Positions 30,641 through 39,970 of a DNA stretch of 64,000 nt are shown here, piece after piece. Every line of letters begins with the position of its first letter. The first letter of the stretch is position 1. Both the position numbers and the translations under genes were made by a program. Below the pieces are notes generated by a model. That model was not told the origin of the DNA. It saw only the letters and a list, made by a program, of their open reading frames with translations, and made no database searches. This DNA is from Myxococcota bacterium (GTDB lineage Bacteria; Myxococcota_A; UBA9042; PHBI01; JAWLBL01), in contig JAWLBL010000002.1 in assembly GCA_041687695.1 (NCBI GenBank), positions 230,761 to 294,760 of the forward strand. Reading direction: 5' to 3'.

Positions 30641-30979
30641 ATGTCCCAGCAGCGTACGAAGAAGGCCAAGCTGGCCCACGAGAAGCAGTCCCCCAAGACC
30701 GCCAGCGGCAAGCCGCGCGGCGAGTACGGCATCCAGCGGGTCGAGGCCCTGGTCGAGTGGCCGGCTGGGACCCCCGCGGCCGTGGTCGAGATCGACACGG
30801 AAGGCACCCGCGCCATCGTCGGCCGCGCCTTCGTGACCGTCGACCCCGCCACCGGCGCGGCCCGCCCGGGCCTGCTGGCCTGCCCGGCCGTCTACAGCCC
30901 CGCCGCGCGCGCCCAGGCCATCGCCGCCTTCCGCGCCTTCGAGGCCGCCGCGCCGGCCGCCCAGGCCCCGGCCGCCTGA
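30641..30979 (+). CDS. Hypothetical protein (112 aa, basic N-terminus)
   Basis: AAGGA RBS, typical codon bias, Lys-rich N-terminal arm; family not recognised. Confidence 0.6.
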   Translation: MSQQRTKKAKLAHEKQSPKTASGKPRGEYGIQRVEALVEWPAGTPAAVVEIDTEGTRAIVGRAFVTVDPATGAARPGLLACPAVYSPAARAQAIAAFRAFEAAAPAAQAPAA

Positions 30980-31077
30980 GGTCGTTCAGGTCGCGGCCCG
31001 AGGCCGCTCATTTTTTTTAATAGGCCTCGGGTCCGAGCGTCGCTCGGCCCTCGCTCCCACCAGGACCCGAGGTCGCC

Positions 31078-32268
31078 ATGACCCTGATTCACCCGGGCCG
31101 GCTCCGCGCCGCGCTCGGCGCCGCGGCGCTCGTCGCCTTCGGCGCCGGGTGCATGACCGACACCTACCGCATCCCGCACGAGGCGCTGCACCGCGTGGTC
31201 GACAGGGATCCGGTCGACCGAGGCGTGAACCTGCGCGTCGTGCAGCGCATCGGCCCCGTCTCCGAGCCGGGCGCCGCGCACCCCGGCGCTTTCGTCGCCT
31301 ACGAGCAGGCCTGCGCCGAGGACCCCGGCTGCGCCGCCGCGCACCTGGTGGACGCCGCCATCGAGGTGCCGAGCCGCTCGCGCCTGGCCCTTTACCGCAA
31401 GCGGCTCGGCCCGGCGCCCGAGTGGCGCCCCAACCGCCCGCCGCCCCCGCCGTCGGGCGGGCCGACCACCACCGGGACGCGCCCGCCCCCCATCGCGCGC
31501 GGCGACGTGACCTCCGGCCGCTCGACCGCCCAGGTCCTGCAGGGCATCAGCGGCGACAAGGACGCCGCCATCCTGCTGGTCGCCCTGGCCGCGGTCGGCA
31601 CCGTGGCCCTCGCCGCCACCGAGGGCAGCCGCTACGACGGCTGGGTGACGGTCGACCCCAACCACCCGGTCCACCTCATCCACCGCGACGGCACGACCGA
31701 GACGCTGCCGCTCGCGCAGCTCGAGGCCAGCGATCTCCGCGGCGCCCCCGAAGCCGTCATCCGCCTGGACGAGGGCCGCGGCGCCTACATCGAGGGGCGG
31801 GCGCCGCTGTCGCGGCAGGGCTTCACCTGGAAGATGGAGGGCGGCGCCCTCGAGGTGCCGCTGGCCGAAGGCGTCAGCGGCATCGGGCCGGCGGCGACGA
31901 TGCAGCTGGGTTACTTCCCGACCCAGTACCTGGGCCTGCTGGCGACCCTGTCGCTGACCGGCGGGTCCGAGCACGGCGGCGAGTACTTCGCCTCGCGCTA
32001 CGGCGTCGAGGCGCAGCTGCTGCCGCTGAGGCTGGCGCGCCTGCACTTCGGCCTGTACGGCTGGCTCGGGCCGGCCTTCACCGAGGCGGCCGGAGGGCTG
32101 CTCCCGACCATCGAGCGCTCGACCCTGGCGACCGGCGGCGGGCTGCTGGCCGAGATCGACGTCACCACCCGGCTGGCGGTGTCGCTGCGGGTCGGCGCCA
32201 TGGCCGAGCCCGGCGAGGATCTCCTGGACGGGGCCATGCAGGCGTCGCTTGGGCTGGCGGTGTACTGA
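31078..32268 (+). CDS. Lipoprotein-signal protein with C-terminal beta-barrel-like region (paralog A)
   Basis: Lipobox GAGC; Pro-rich linker; hydrophobic helix; YDGWVTVDPNHPVHL; amphipathic strands ending SLGLAVY. Confidence 0.7.
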   Translation: MTLIHPGRLRAALGAAALVAFGAGCMTDTYRIPHEALHRVVDRDPVDRGVNLRVVQRIGPVSEPGAAHPGAFVAYEQACAEDPGCAAAHLVDAAIEVPSRSRLALYRKRLGPAPEWRPNRPPPPPSGGPTTTGTRPPPIARGDVTSGRSTAQVLQGISGDKDAAILLVALAAVGTVALAATEGSRYDGWVTVDPNHPVHLIHRDGTTETLPLAQLEASDLRGAPEAVIRLDEGRGAYIEGRAPLSRQGFTWKMEGGALEVPLAEGVSGIGPAATMQLGYFPTQYLGLLATLSLTGGSEHGGEYFASRYGVEAQLLPLRLARLHFGLYGWLGPAFTEAAGGLLPTIERSTLATGGGLLAEIDVTTRLAVSLRVGAMAEPGEDLLDGAMQASLGLAVY

Positions 32269-32303
32269 CGCCGTCCGTAGGATGCGCCGCCCCAGGAGGT
32301 CGC

Positions 32304-33413
32304 GTGCGGTTGCAGGTCGGTGTGGCGTGTCTGATGGCGGTGGTGATGGGGAGCGGCGGGTGCCTGTCGAGCACCTACGACATCCCCGAGCGCGAGCTGC
32401 GGCGGCTGGTCGAGACGGAGCCCCGCGACCGCGGGCTGAGCCTGCGTGTCGTGCAGCGCCTGGGTGAGGACCCGCCGCCCGCCGACACTCCGGACGCGTG
32501 GGTGCCCTACGAGCACGAGCCGGGCGTGGTCGTCTACGCCGGCCCGCAGGTGGTGATCCACCCCAGCTACGACCTCTACCACCGGCGCCTCGGGCCGGTG
32601 TCGCCCCACGGGCACCACCCGGGGCCGGTGCCGCCGCCGCCCAGCGGCGGGCCCAGCGGCCCGGGGGGCTCCGGCAGCTCCGGCGGCGCCGACATCGACG
32701 GCGAGCAGGCGCTGGCCATCCTGGCCGTGGTGGCGCTGACGGGCGGGACGCTGATCGCGGCCCTCATCGAGGGCGAGCGCTACGACGGCTGGGTGACGGT
32801 CGACCCCAACCACCCGGTGCACCTGTGGGGCCCGCACGGGCCGCGGGTCGTCCGGCTGGCGCAGCTGACGGCGGCGGATCTCGCGGACGCGCCCGAGGCG
32901 ATGATCCGCCTGGGCGAAGGGCGGGGCGCCTTCATGGAGGGGCGGGCGCCGCTGTCGCGCGAGGGCCTGGCCTGGAGGATGGAGGTCGGGCTGGTCGGTG
33001 TGCCCCTGGTCGACGGGGTGACGCCCGCGGGCCTGGGCGCCATCGCGCAGTTCGGCTACTTCGCCACCCAGGAGCTGGGCCTGCTCGGGACCATGACGCT
33101 GGCGGGCGGCGAGGAGGCGTGGGCGGGCGACTACCTCGACTTCCGCATGGGCGCCGAGCTGCACTGGATGCCCATCCAGGCGTCGGTGCTGAACCTGGGC
33201 GCCTACGGGCACGTCGGGATGAGCTCGGCGAGCGCCGCCGGAGGGGCCATCGGGCGGGTCGACCGGACCGGGCTCGTGGCGGGCGGCGGGCTCGCGCTCG
33301 AGCTGGAGATCGTCACGCGGGTGGCGGTCGGCGTGCGGGCCGGGCTGATGACGCTGGTGGGCGACGACAGCGAGGCGGCGAGCCTGGTGACCGGCGGCCT
33401 GAGCGTCTACTGA
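32304..33413 (+). CDS. Lipoprotein-signal protein with C-terminal beta-barrel-like region (paralog B)
   Basis: GTG after GGAGG in the frame of ORF 31149..33413; SGGC lipobox; same YDGWVTVDPNHPVHL and EGRAPLSR motifs; ends GGLSVY. Confidence 0.7.
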   Translation: MRLQVGVACLMAVVMGSGGCLSSTYDIPERELRRLVETEPRDRGLSLRVVQRLGEDPPPADTPDAWVPYEHEPGVVVYAGPQVVIHPSYDLYHRRLGPVSPHGHHPGPVPPPPSGGPSGPGGSGSSGGADIDGEQALAILAVVALTGGTLIAALIEGERYDGWVTVDPNHPVHLWGPHGPRVVRLAQLTAADLADAPEAMIRLGEGRGAFMEGRAPLSREGLAWRMEVGLVGVPLVDGVTPAGLGAIAQFGYFATQELGLLGTMTLAGGEEAWAGDYLDFRMGAELHWMPIQASVLNLGAYGHVGMSSASAAGGAIGRVDRTGLVAGGGLALELEIVTRVAVGVRAGLMTLVGDDSEAASLVTGGLSVY

Positions 33414-34027
33414 GCGGCGAGGCCGCGCCCGGCCAGGGCGGCCAGCAGGGCGTCCTGAGCCTGGTCGACCGTCAGCGGGCGGCCGGTGGCCAGGGCCAGC
33501 GTGGTGATGGGCAGGCCGCGATACCCGCACGGCGTGATGGCGGCGAAGCCGGCCAGGTCGCAGCAGACGTTCAGGGCCAGGCCGTGGCTGGTGACGTTGC
33601 GGTGGACGTGCAGGCCGATGGAGCCGAGCTTGGCCCCGTCCAGGTAGACGCCCGGGCGGTCGGGGTCGTAGGCGACGGCGGGGGCGCCCAGGGCCGCGCA
33701 GGCCTCGACCATGGCGTGCCCAAGCAGCGCCACCATCTCGGGGACGCCCAGGCGCCGGCGCTGCAGGTCGACCACCGGATAGGCGACCAGCTGGCCCGGC
33801 CCGTGCCAGGTGGCCTGCCCGCCACGATCGGCCTGCACGATCGGCGTCGACAGGCGCGCCAGGGCGTCCGGGTCGACCTCGCCGCCGCGGCGGCCCAGGG
33901 TGACGATCGGGTCGTGCTCGACCAGGTAGAGCTCGTCCTCGCCGCCCGCGAGCACCCGATCGCGCGCCTGCCGCTGCAGGGCCAGCGCGTCGGTCCAGGG
34001 CAGCCTTCCAAGGCGTCGCAAACGCAT
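33407..34027 (-). CDS. lipB: Lipoyl(octanoyl) transferase
   Basis: VEHDPIVTLGR, DRGGQATWHGPGQLVAYP, KLGSIG, HGLALNV, ITPCG. Confidence 0.95.
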   Translation of the reverse strand: MRLRRLGRLPWTDALALQRQARDRVLAGGEDELYLVEHDPIVTLGRRGGEVDPDALARLSTPIVQADRGGQATWHGPGQLVAYPVVDLQRRRLGVPEMVALLGHAMVEACAALGAPAVAYDPDRPGVYLDGAKLGSIGLHVHRNVTSHGLALNVCCDLAGFAAITPCGYRGLPITTLALATGRPLTVDQAQDALLAALAGRGLAAQ

Positions 34028-34184
34028 CGCCGTACCTCTAGCCGGGGGGGGCGCGAAAGGGAAGCGCGGGCACGCGCGGCGGGAGCCCGCGATGGGGCCG
34101 GGCCGGTTGTCGGCCGCCGGGGCCGCGTGCTAATCAGGGGGCGCGCTGCGGGTCTACGCCCTTTGCCCTTCGGCCGGGAACGCC

Positions 34185-37100
34185 ATGAGCCAAGCCATCT
34201 CCGACTTCTACGCCGCCGAGCTCGCCGAGGAGGCGATCGGCGCCCTGCTCGCGGACGGGGGCCTGGACCCGGCCGCGCTCCTCGGAGACGGGCTGTGGGA
34301 CGGGCGGACCCACGTGCGGCGCAACGCGGCCTGCGCGCTGAGCCTGGCGACGGCGGCGCCCGGCTTCGAAGGGATCGAGCGGCACGACCTGTTCCCGATC
34401 GCGGCCAAGGACGCCGACGCGGTCGTGCGCCGGCACACGGTCAAGGCGATGGGCGAGCTGCGGCTCGAGGCGCGCATCGTCGTCCCGGCGCTGCTGCGCG
34501 CGCTGGGCGACCGGGACCCGCTGGTCGTCGAGGCCGCCTGGCACAGCCTCGAGAAGCTGCTGCTGACCCGCCCGCCCGAGATCCTGCCCCTGCTGATCGA
34601 CGCCCTGGGCGACGATCGCCCCTTCGTGATGGTCGCCGCCTCGGACCTGCTGCTCAAGGGCGGCCCGCCCGCGGCCGAGGCCCTGGTCCGGGCGCTGGGG
34701 CACGACAGCTCGGCCGTGCGCGACGGCGCCTTCCACGTGCTCGAGCAGCTGTCGACCGTGGCGACGCCCTCTCTGATCCCGGCGCTGGACGACCGCGTCC
34801 GCCGCGAGATGGCGACGCGCCTGCTGCTGGCCCTGCCGGCGCCCGAGCCCGAGGAGGAGGAGGCGCTCAAGGGTCTCGAAGGCGCGGCCGACGCCCTGAC
34901 GCGCGCCGCCGCCGGCCAGGTCCTGCGGTCGCTCGCCGCCGCCCGGCGCCGCCCCAAGCCGACGCCGTTCGTGCCGCCCACGCCCGAGTTCACCGAGCGG
35001 GCGCTGACCGAGGCCGAGCTGCAGGCCGTCGCCGACGCCGCGCCGCCCATCGCCGGGCTGGTCCCGGGGCTGCGCGACGGGCGCCCGCACGTTCGGCTGA
35101 ACGTGGCGCACGCGCTGGGGCTGCTGATCGAGGCGGCCGACGCGGACGCGCGCGCCCTGGCCGCGGCCGGGCTGGGGCCGGTCGCGCGCGATCCCGAGCC
35201 GGCCGTGCGCGCCGCGGCCGTGCTGTCGCTGGGGCAGCTGGCCCGGGTCGGGTCGACGGTCGTCGTGGATCCCCTGGTCGTCGCCAGCAGCGACGCCGAC
35301 GACGAGGTGCGGCGCCTCGCGCAGATCGGGCTGTTGGCCTTGTCGGCCGCGGGGGCGAGCGGGTCGCGGGCGCTCATCGGGGCCATCCGACCCGAGCAGC
35401 CGCGGACCGCGCACCGGGCCATCGTGGCGGCGCTGGGGGGCCTGGGCGGGCCGGCCGTGCTGCCGTTGAGCGAGGCGGTCCGCGCGGCGCGACACCCGAC
35501 GGTGCGCGAGCTGGCGGCCGACGCCTTGAGGCGCATCGGCCCCGGGGCGGCGGCGGCGCTGGACGGGCTGTACGCCGCGCTGGCCGACCCGGTCGACGCG
35601 GTGCGGCAGGCGGCCGCGCGGGCGGTCGGCGTGGTGGGCGAGGGGGCGGCCGAGGAGGCGCTGGCGCGGCTGGACGCGGCGATGGCCGACGGCACGCTGG
35701 CGGTGCGCCGCGAGGCCGCGATGGCCATGGCCCGCCTCAAGGGCGAGCCGGTGGGCCCGCAGGGGCCGACGGAGCCCGAGCCCATCGCCGTGGACGGTTT
35801 CGAGGAGCGCGTGCTGACCGAGGAGGCGCTGGCCGGGGCGGCCGGAGGCCTCGAGCTGGGGCGTCTGGTGCGGGGCCTGCGCGACGGGCGCAAGGCGGTG
35901 CGCGTCAACGCGGCGACGACGCTGGGCCTGCGAGGGCCCGAGGCGGTCCTGGCGGCGCCGGCCCTGAGCGCGGCCGTCAAGGACGCCGACCCGTTCGTGC
36001 GCCTGGCGGCGGCCATCGCGTTGGGGCGGCTGGGGCCGGAGGCGGTGCCGTTCGCGGCGGCGGCGCTGATCGGGGCGCTGGCCGACCGGGCGCCGGTGGT
36101 GGCCGAGGCGGCCAAGCGGTCGCTGCAGGGGCTGGGGGCGCCGGCGCTGGCGCCGCTGCTGGCGGCGATGGGGGGCGACCCGGATCTGGTGGGGCGCACG
36201 GTGCTGAAGGTGCTGCCGGGCTTCGGCGCGCCAGCGCGCGACGGACTGGTGGCGCTGCTGCGCGACGGCGCCCCACGCGCGCGCCTGAACGCGCTGCGGG
36301 GGCTGAGCCGCCTCGGGCGACAGGAGGCGGCCCCGGCGCGCGAGCTCGCGGCGGCGCTGGCGCGCGACCCCGACCCGGACACGGCCGCCGAGGCGCGGCG
36401 CCTGGTCGACGTCATCGACGGGCGCGAGGCGCCGCCCAAGGCGCTCGAGGCGCTGCCGCTGCCGGTCGAGGGCTTCGACGCGCGCAGCCTCGAGGCGGCC
36501 GAGCTGACCCAGGCGGCCAAGAAGCTGACGGGCGAGCGCCTGGCCGCGCTGCTGACCGACGGGCGGCCCTTCGTGCGCGAGAACGCGGCGCGCGCGCTGG
36601 GGCTCATGGGGGCCAAGGCCGAGCCCGGGCACGACGGGCTCATCCTGGCGCTCAAGGACGCCGACACCAGCGTGCGCGCGGCGGCGGCCGAGAGCCTGGG
36701 GCAGCTGCGCGCGGCCCCGCAGCGGGCGGTGCCCGCCATGATCCTGGCCCTGCGCGGGGCGGCGCCGCTCGTCGAGGTCGGCGTCATGCAGGCGCTCGAC
36801 GCCTACGGCGAGGCCGCCGAGGGGCCGGCGCGCGCGCTGCTGGTCGAGGACTGGGACGTGCTGCGCGCGACCTTGGCCGTCGTCGTGAAGGCCTACCCCG
36901 CGAGCTTCGTGCCCGGCTTGGCCGAGGCGCTCGGAGCGGCGAGCGCCCCGGCGGCGACGCGCGTCAATGCGGCACGCCTGCTGGCGCAGCTGCCCGCGGC
37001 CTCGCTGGGGCCGGCGCGGAAGGCCGCCGAAGGGGCGGCGCGCGAGGCGGACGCCCAGGTAGCGGCCGAGGCGCGGCGGGTCGTCGACGTGCTCGAGGGC

Positions 37101-38582
37101 CGCCTGCCGCCGCCCAAGGTGCTGGAGGCGCGGGCCCTGCCGCTGGACGGGTTCGACGCGGCCGTCGTGCCGGTCGAGGCGCTGGAGAAGGCGGCCAAGA
37201 AGCTGGACGCGGCACCCCTGGTCGACCTGCTGTCGGACGGCCGGCCCTTCGTGCGCGAGAACGCCGCGCGGTCGCTGGGGCTGCTGGGCAAGGCGGCGCA
37301 CGGGGCGGTGGCCCAGCTGGCGCTGGTGCTGCGCGACGCGGACCCGGGCGTGCGCATCGCGGCGGCCGAGTCCCTGGGGCGGCTGGCCCACGATCCCGAG
37401 GTCGCGGTGCCCCGGCTGGTCCTTTCGCTGGCGGCCGGTGGGCAGCAGGTGGCCCCCGGGCTGCAGAGCGCGGTCCTGGCGGCCATCGACGCCTTCGGTG
37501 ACGCGGCGGTGGCGCCGCTCATCGCCACGTTGGTGGGGCGGCCGACCGAGGTGGCGCCCGCGATGGCGCGCGTGGTGGCCCAGCGCCCGGCCCGCTTCGT
37601 CAAGGCGCTCGGGGACGTGCTGGCCGGCGCCGAGAGCCCCATCGCTCGCGAGAACGCCGCGCGCAGCCTGGCGCAGCTGGCGCCGACGGTGGCCGAGCCG
37701 GCGCGGGCCCAGATCGTCAAGGCGTGCGCCGACCGCGACGGGGCCCTCGCCGCGCTGGCCAAGGCCGCCCTTGACGCCCTGGACGGCGTGGTGCCGCCGC
37801 CCAAGGTGCGCGAGCCGCGGGCCATGCCGGTCGACGGCTTCGACGCGCGCGCGCTGGGGGCCGACGAGCTGGGCAAGGCCAAAAAAGCGCTGGACGTGGC
37901 GCAGCTGGCGCCGCTGCTCGAGGACGGGCGGGCGCAGGTGCGGGCCAATGCGGCGCGCGGGCTGGCGACGGCCGGCAAGGCGGCCCACGAGCTGGTGCCC
38001 AAGCTGGCGGTGCTGCTCAAGGACGCCGAGATGGACGTGCGTGTCGCGGCGGCCGAGGCGCTCGGGACGCTGGCGCACGGGCCCGAGGCCGCGGTCCCGC
38101 CGCTGGTGCAGAGCTTGAAGGGCGCCAGCGAGGCCCTGAAGGCCGCCGCGATGGCCGCGGTGGCGGCGTTCGGCGACAAGGCGGTCGACCCGGCGCTGCG
38201 CCTGCTCGGCGGGCGCCCCGAGGACCTCGAGGTGACGCTGCAGCCGGTGGTGCTGGCGGCGCCCAAGCGCTTCGTGCCGGCGCTCATCGCGGTGCTGACC
38301 ACGGGCGACACCGTCGTGCGGCGCGAGAACGCGGTCGATCTGCTGGCGGCGCTGGGCGAGCACGCGCGCCCCGCCGAGGCGGCGCTGCTCGAGGCGCTGA
38401 GCGACTCGGACGTGCTGATGCGCCTCAAGGTCATCCGCGCCCTGCCGCGGGTCGCCAAGCCCAGCGACAAGGTGCTGGGCGCGCTGAAGAAGCTGCTCGA
38501 GACCGAGCGGCGGCCGACGGTGGTCTTCGCCATCAAGGGCGCCGCGCGGGCCATCAAGCGCGCGATGGCCCCGGCGGCCTGA
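34185..38582 (+). CDS. Large HEAT/PBS-lyase repeat protein (1465 aa)
   Basis: Many LxDxDxxVRxAAAxALG repeats arranged in about six larger units. Confidence 0.88.
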   Translation: MSQAISDFYAAELAEEAIGALLADGGLDPAALLGDGLWDGRTHVRRNAACALSLATAAPGFEGIERHDLFPIAAKDADAVVRRHTVKAMGELRLEARIVVPALLRALGDRDPLVVEAAWHSLEKLLLTRPPEILPLLIDALGDDRPFVMVAASDLLLKGGPPAAEALVRALGHDSSAVRDGAFHVLEQLSTVATPSLIPALDDRVRREMATRLLLALPAPEPEEEEALKGLEGAADALTRAAAGQVLRSLAAARRRPKPTPFVPPTPEFTERALTEAELQAVADAAPPIAGLVPGLRDGRPHVRLNVAHALGLLIEAADADARALAAAGLGPVARDPEPAVRAAAVLSLGQLARVGSTVVVDPLVVASSDADDEVRRLAQIGLLALSAAGASGSRALIGAIRPEQPRTAHRAIVAALGGLGGPAVLPLSEAVRAARHPTVRELAADALRRIGPGAAAALDGLYAALADPVDAVRQAAARAVGVVGEGAAEEALARLDAAMADGTLAVRREAAMAMARLKGEPVGPQGPTEPEPIAVDGFEERVLTEEALAGAAGGLELGRLVRGLRDGRKAVRVNAATTLGLRGPEAVLAAPALSAAVKDADPFVRLAAAIALGRLGPEAVPFAAAALIGALADRAPVVAEAAKRSLQGLGAPALAPLLAAMGGDPDLVGRTVLKVLPGFGAPARDGLVALLRDGAPRARLNALRGLSRLGRQEAAPARELAAALARDPDPDTAAEARRLVDVIDGREAPPKALEALPLPVEGFDARSLEAAELTQAAKKLTGERLAALLTDGRPFVRENAARALGLMGAKAEPGHDGLILALKDADTSVRAAAAESLGQLRAAPQRAVPAMILALRGAAPLVEVGVMQALDAYGEAAEGPARALLVEDWDVLRATLAVVVKAYPASFVPGLAEALGAASAPAATRVNAARLLAQLPAASLGPARKAAEGAAREADAQVAAEARRVVDVLEGRLPPPKVLEARALPLDGFDAAVVPVEALEKAAKKLDAAPLVDLLSDGRPFVRENAARSLGLLGKAAHGAVAQLALVLRDADPGVRIAAAESLGRLAHDPEVAVPRLVLSLAAGGQQVAPGLQSAVLAAIDAFGDAAVAPLIATLVGRPTEVAPAMARVVAQRPARFVKALGDVLAGAESPIARENAARSLAQLAPTVAEPARAQIVKACADRDGALAALAKAALDALDGVVPPPKVREPRAMPVDGFDARALGADELGKAKKALDVAQLAPLLEDGRAQVRANAARGLATAGKAAHELVPKLAVLLKDAEMDVRVAAAEALGTLAHGPEAAVPPLVQSLKGASEALKAAAMAAVAAFGDKAVDPALRLLGGRPEDLEVTLQPVVLAAPKRFVPALIAVLTTGDTVVRRENAVDLLAALGEHARPAEAALLEALSDSDVLMRLKVIRALPRVAKPSDKVLGALKKLLETERRPTVVFAIKGAARAIKRAMAPAA

Positions 38583-38708
38583 GCGGGCGCCGATCGCGCG
38601 AGGCAAAGAGGGAGTGCGCCGCCCGCGCCCGCGGGACCTGACTACCGATCGGGTCGTCGGGCCGACCCGCGACGACGTCGTCACCAGCAGGGAGGGCCAC
38701 GGTCGCCG

Positions 38709-39575
38709 TCACGGTCCGAGCCCGGGGTGCAGGGCCTCGGCCAGCTCGCGCGCGGCCTGCGCGGTGCGGGGGCCGAAGCCGAGCAGCTTCACATCGTTCA
38801 TCGCCACGACGCGCCGCGCGCGGCCGGCGGGGGTCTGCGCGACGCCAGGCTGGCTCAGCAGGCCGTCGATGCCGCCCAGGCTGACCAGGCCGCTCTCGGG
38901 GACCAGGATGACCTCCGGGGCCGCGGCCACGACGCCCTCGCCGGTCAGCGGGCGGTAGCCCTCGAAGTCGGTGACGGCGTTGGTAGCCCCGGCCAGGGCC
39001 AGCATGTGGTCGGCGGCCGTGCCCCGTCCAGCGACGTTCATGACGTCGGCCCCGCGCGCGTAGAGCGCCAGGACCCGCGGCCGCTCGGGGCGGGCCGCCA
39101 CCGCCTTGGCGAGGGCCGCGAGGTCGGCGTCCATCCGTGCCACCAGGGCGGCGGCTTCCTGGGGATACCACAGCACCTGTCCCACCTTGGTCAGGCGCTC
39201 GCGCGCCCCGGCGACGGTGGGGGCGCCCGTGAAGACCATCACCTCGACACCGGCGGCGCGCAGCTGCATCAGGGCCGCGGGCGGGCCGGCGTCCTCGGTG
39301 GCGATGACCATGTCCGGCCGCAGCGACAGGACGCTCTCGACCGCGACCTGGCGCAGGTCGCCGACCTTGGGCAGGGCGGCGGCCTCGGGCGGATGGAGGC
39401 TCGAGGTGTCGACGCCGACGACCAGGTCCCCCGCGCCGACGGCGAAGATGGCCTCGGTCACGTTGCCGCCGATGGCGACCACGCGGGGCGTGGGGCGCTG
39501 GGGCGCGTCGGGTTCGGCTGCGCGGCAGCCGGCGGCCAGGACGAGGGCGAGGGCGATGAGACGGGACGTCGGCAT
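38709..39575 (-). CDS. Heme/hemin ABC transporter substrate-binding lipoprotein (HmuT/PhuT-like)
   Basis: Lipobox LAAGC; RVVAIGGNVTEAIFAVG, VGVDTSS, ESVLSLRP, LLGFGPR. Confidence 0.85.
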   Translation of the reverse strand: MPTSRLIALALVLAAGCRAAEPDAPQRPTPRVVAIGGNVTEAIFAVGAGDLVVGVDTSSLHPPEAAALPKVGDLRQVAVESVLSLRPDMVIATEDAGPPAALMQLRAAGVEVMVFTGAPTVAGARERLTKVGQVLWYPQEAAALVARMDADLAALAKAVAARPERPRVLALYARGADVMNVAGRGTAADHMLALAGATNAVTDFEGYRPLTGEGVVAAAPEVILVPESGLVSLGGIDGLLSQPGVAQTPAGRARRVVAMNDVKLLGFGPRTAQAARELAEALHPGLGP

Positions 39576-39779
39576 GGTTCGCTCAGGGTCGGAGCCGATG
39601 AAGGCCCAGGAGAAGGTGAGGCCGCCGTCGTCCCAGGCGGTCACGGGCAGCTTGGCCGTGCGCCCGTCGGCCGCGCGGACGACGACGATGGTTACGCGCG
39701 GCGTCGCCGCGTGCGTGGCCGGATTGTAGTCGTAGCAGCCCGAAAGGATCGCGTTGGCCGAGGTCGGGGCCTTGGGGCG
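39576..39779 (-). pseudogene. C-terminal remnant of an HmuY-family heme-binding protein
   Basis: Manual translation: SANAILSGCYDYNPATHAATPRVTIVVVRAADGRTAKLPVTAWDDGGLTFSWAF; in-frame TGA at 39782-39780, no N-terminus. Confidence 0.65.
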
Positions 39780-39970
39780 TCATGGTGTCCCACGCCAACC
39801 TGGCCGCGAACCTCGCGATGATGGCCTCCGGCGCTGACATCGTGCCGGGCTCGCGCGCGGTCGGCTGGGTGCCGCCCTTCCACGACCTCGGGCTCGTGGG
39901 CGACGTCCTGCAGTCGGTCGACCTGCGCGGCGAGATGATCCTGCTGTCGCCGCTGCACTTCCTGCGTCAG
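39770..39970 (+). pseudogene. Internal fragment of a fatty acyl-AMP ligase
   Basis: PWGVMVSHANLAAN...VGWVPPFHDLGLVG...LLSPLHFLRQ; similarity ends where the convergent desulfurase gene ends. Confidence 0.75.

Noticed and set aside
32498..38684. 1667-aa (+) and 1516-aa (-) ORFs
   Set aside because: Arg/Gly/Ala-rich alternative frames over lipB and the HEAT gene, expected at this GC content.
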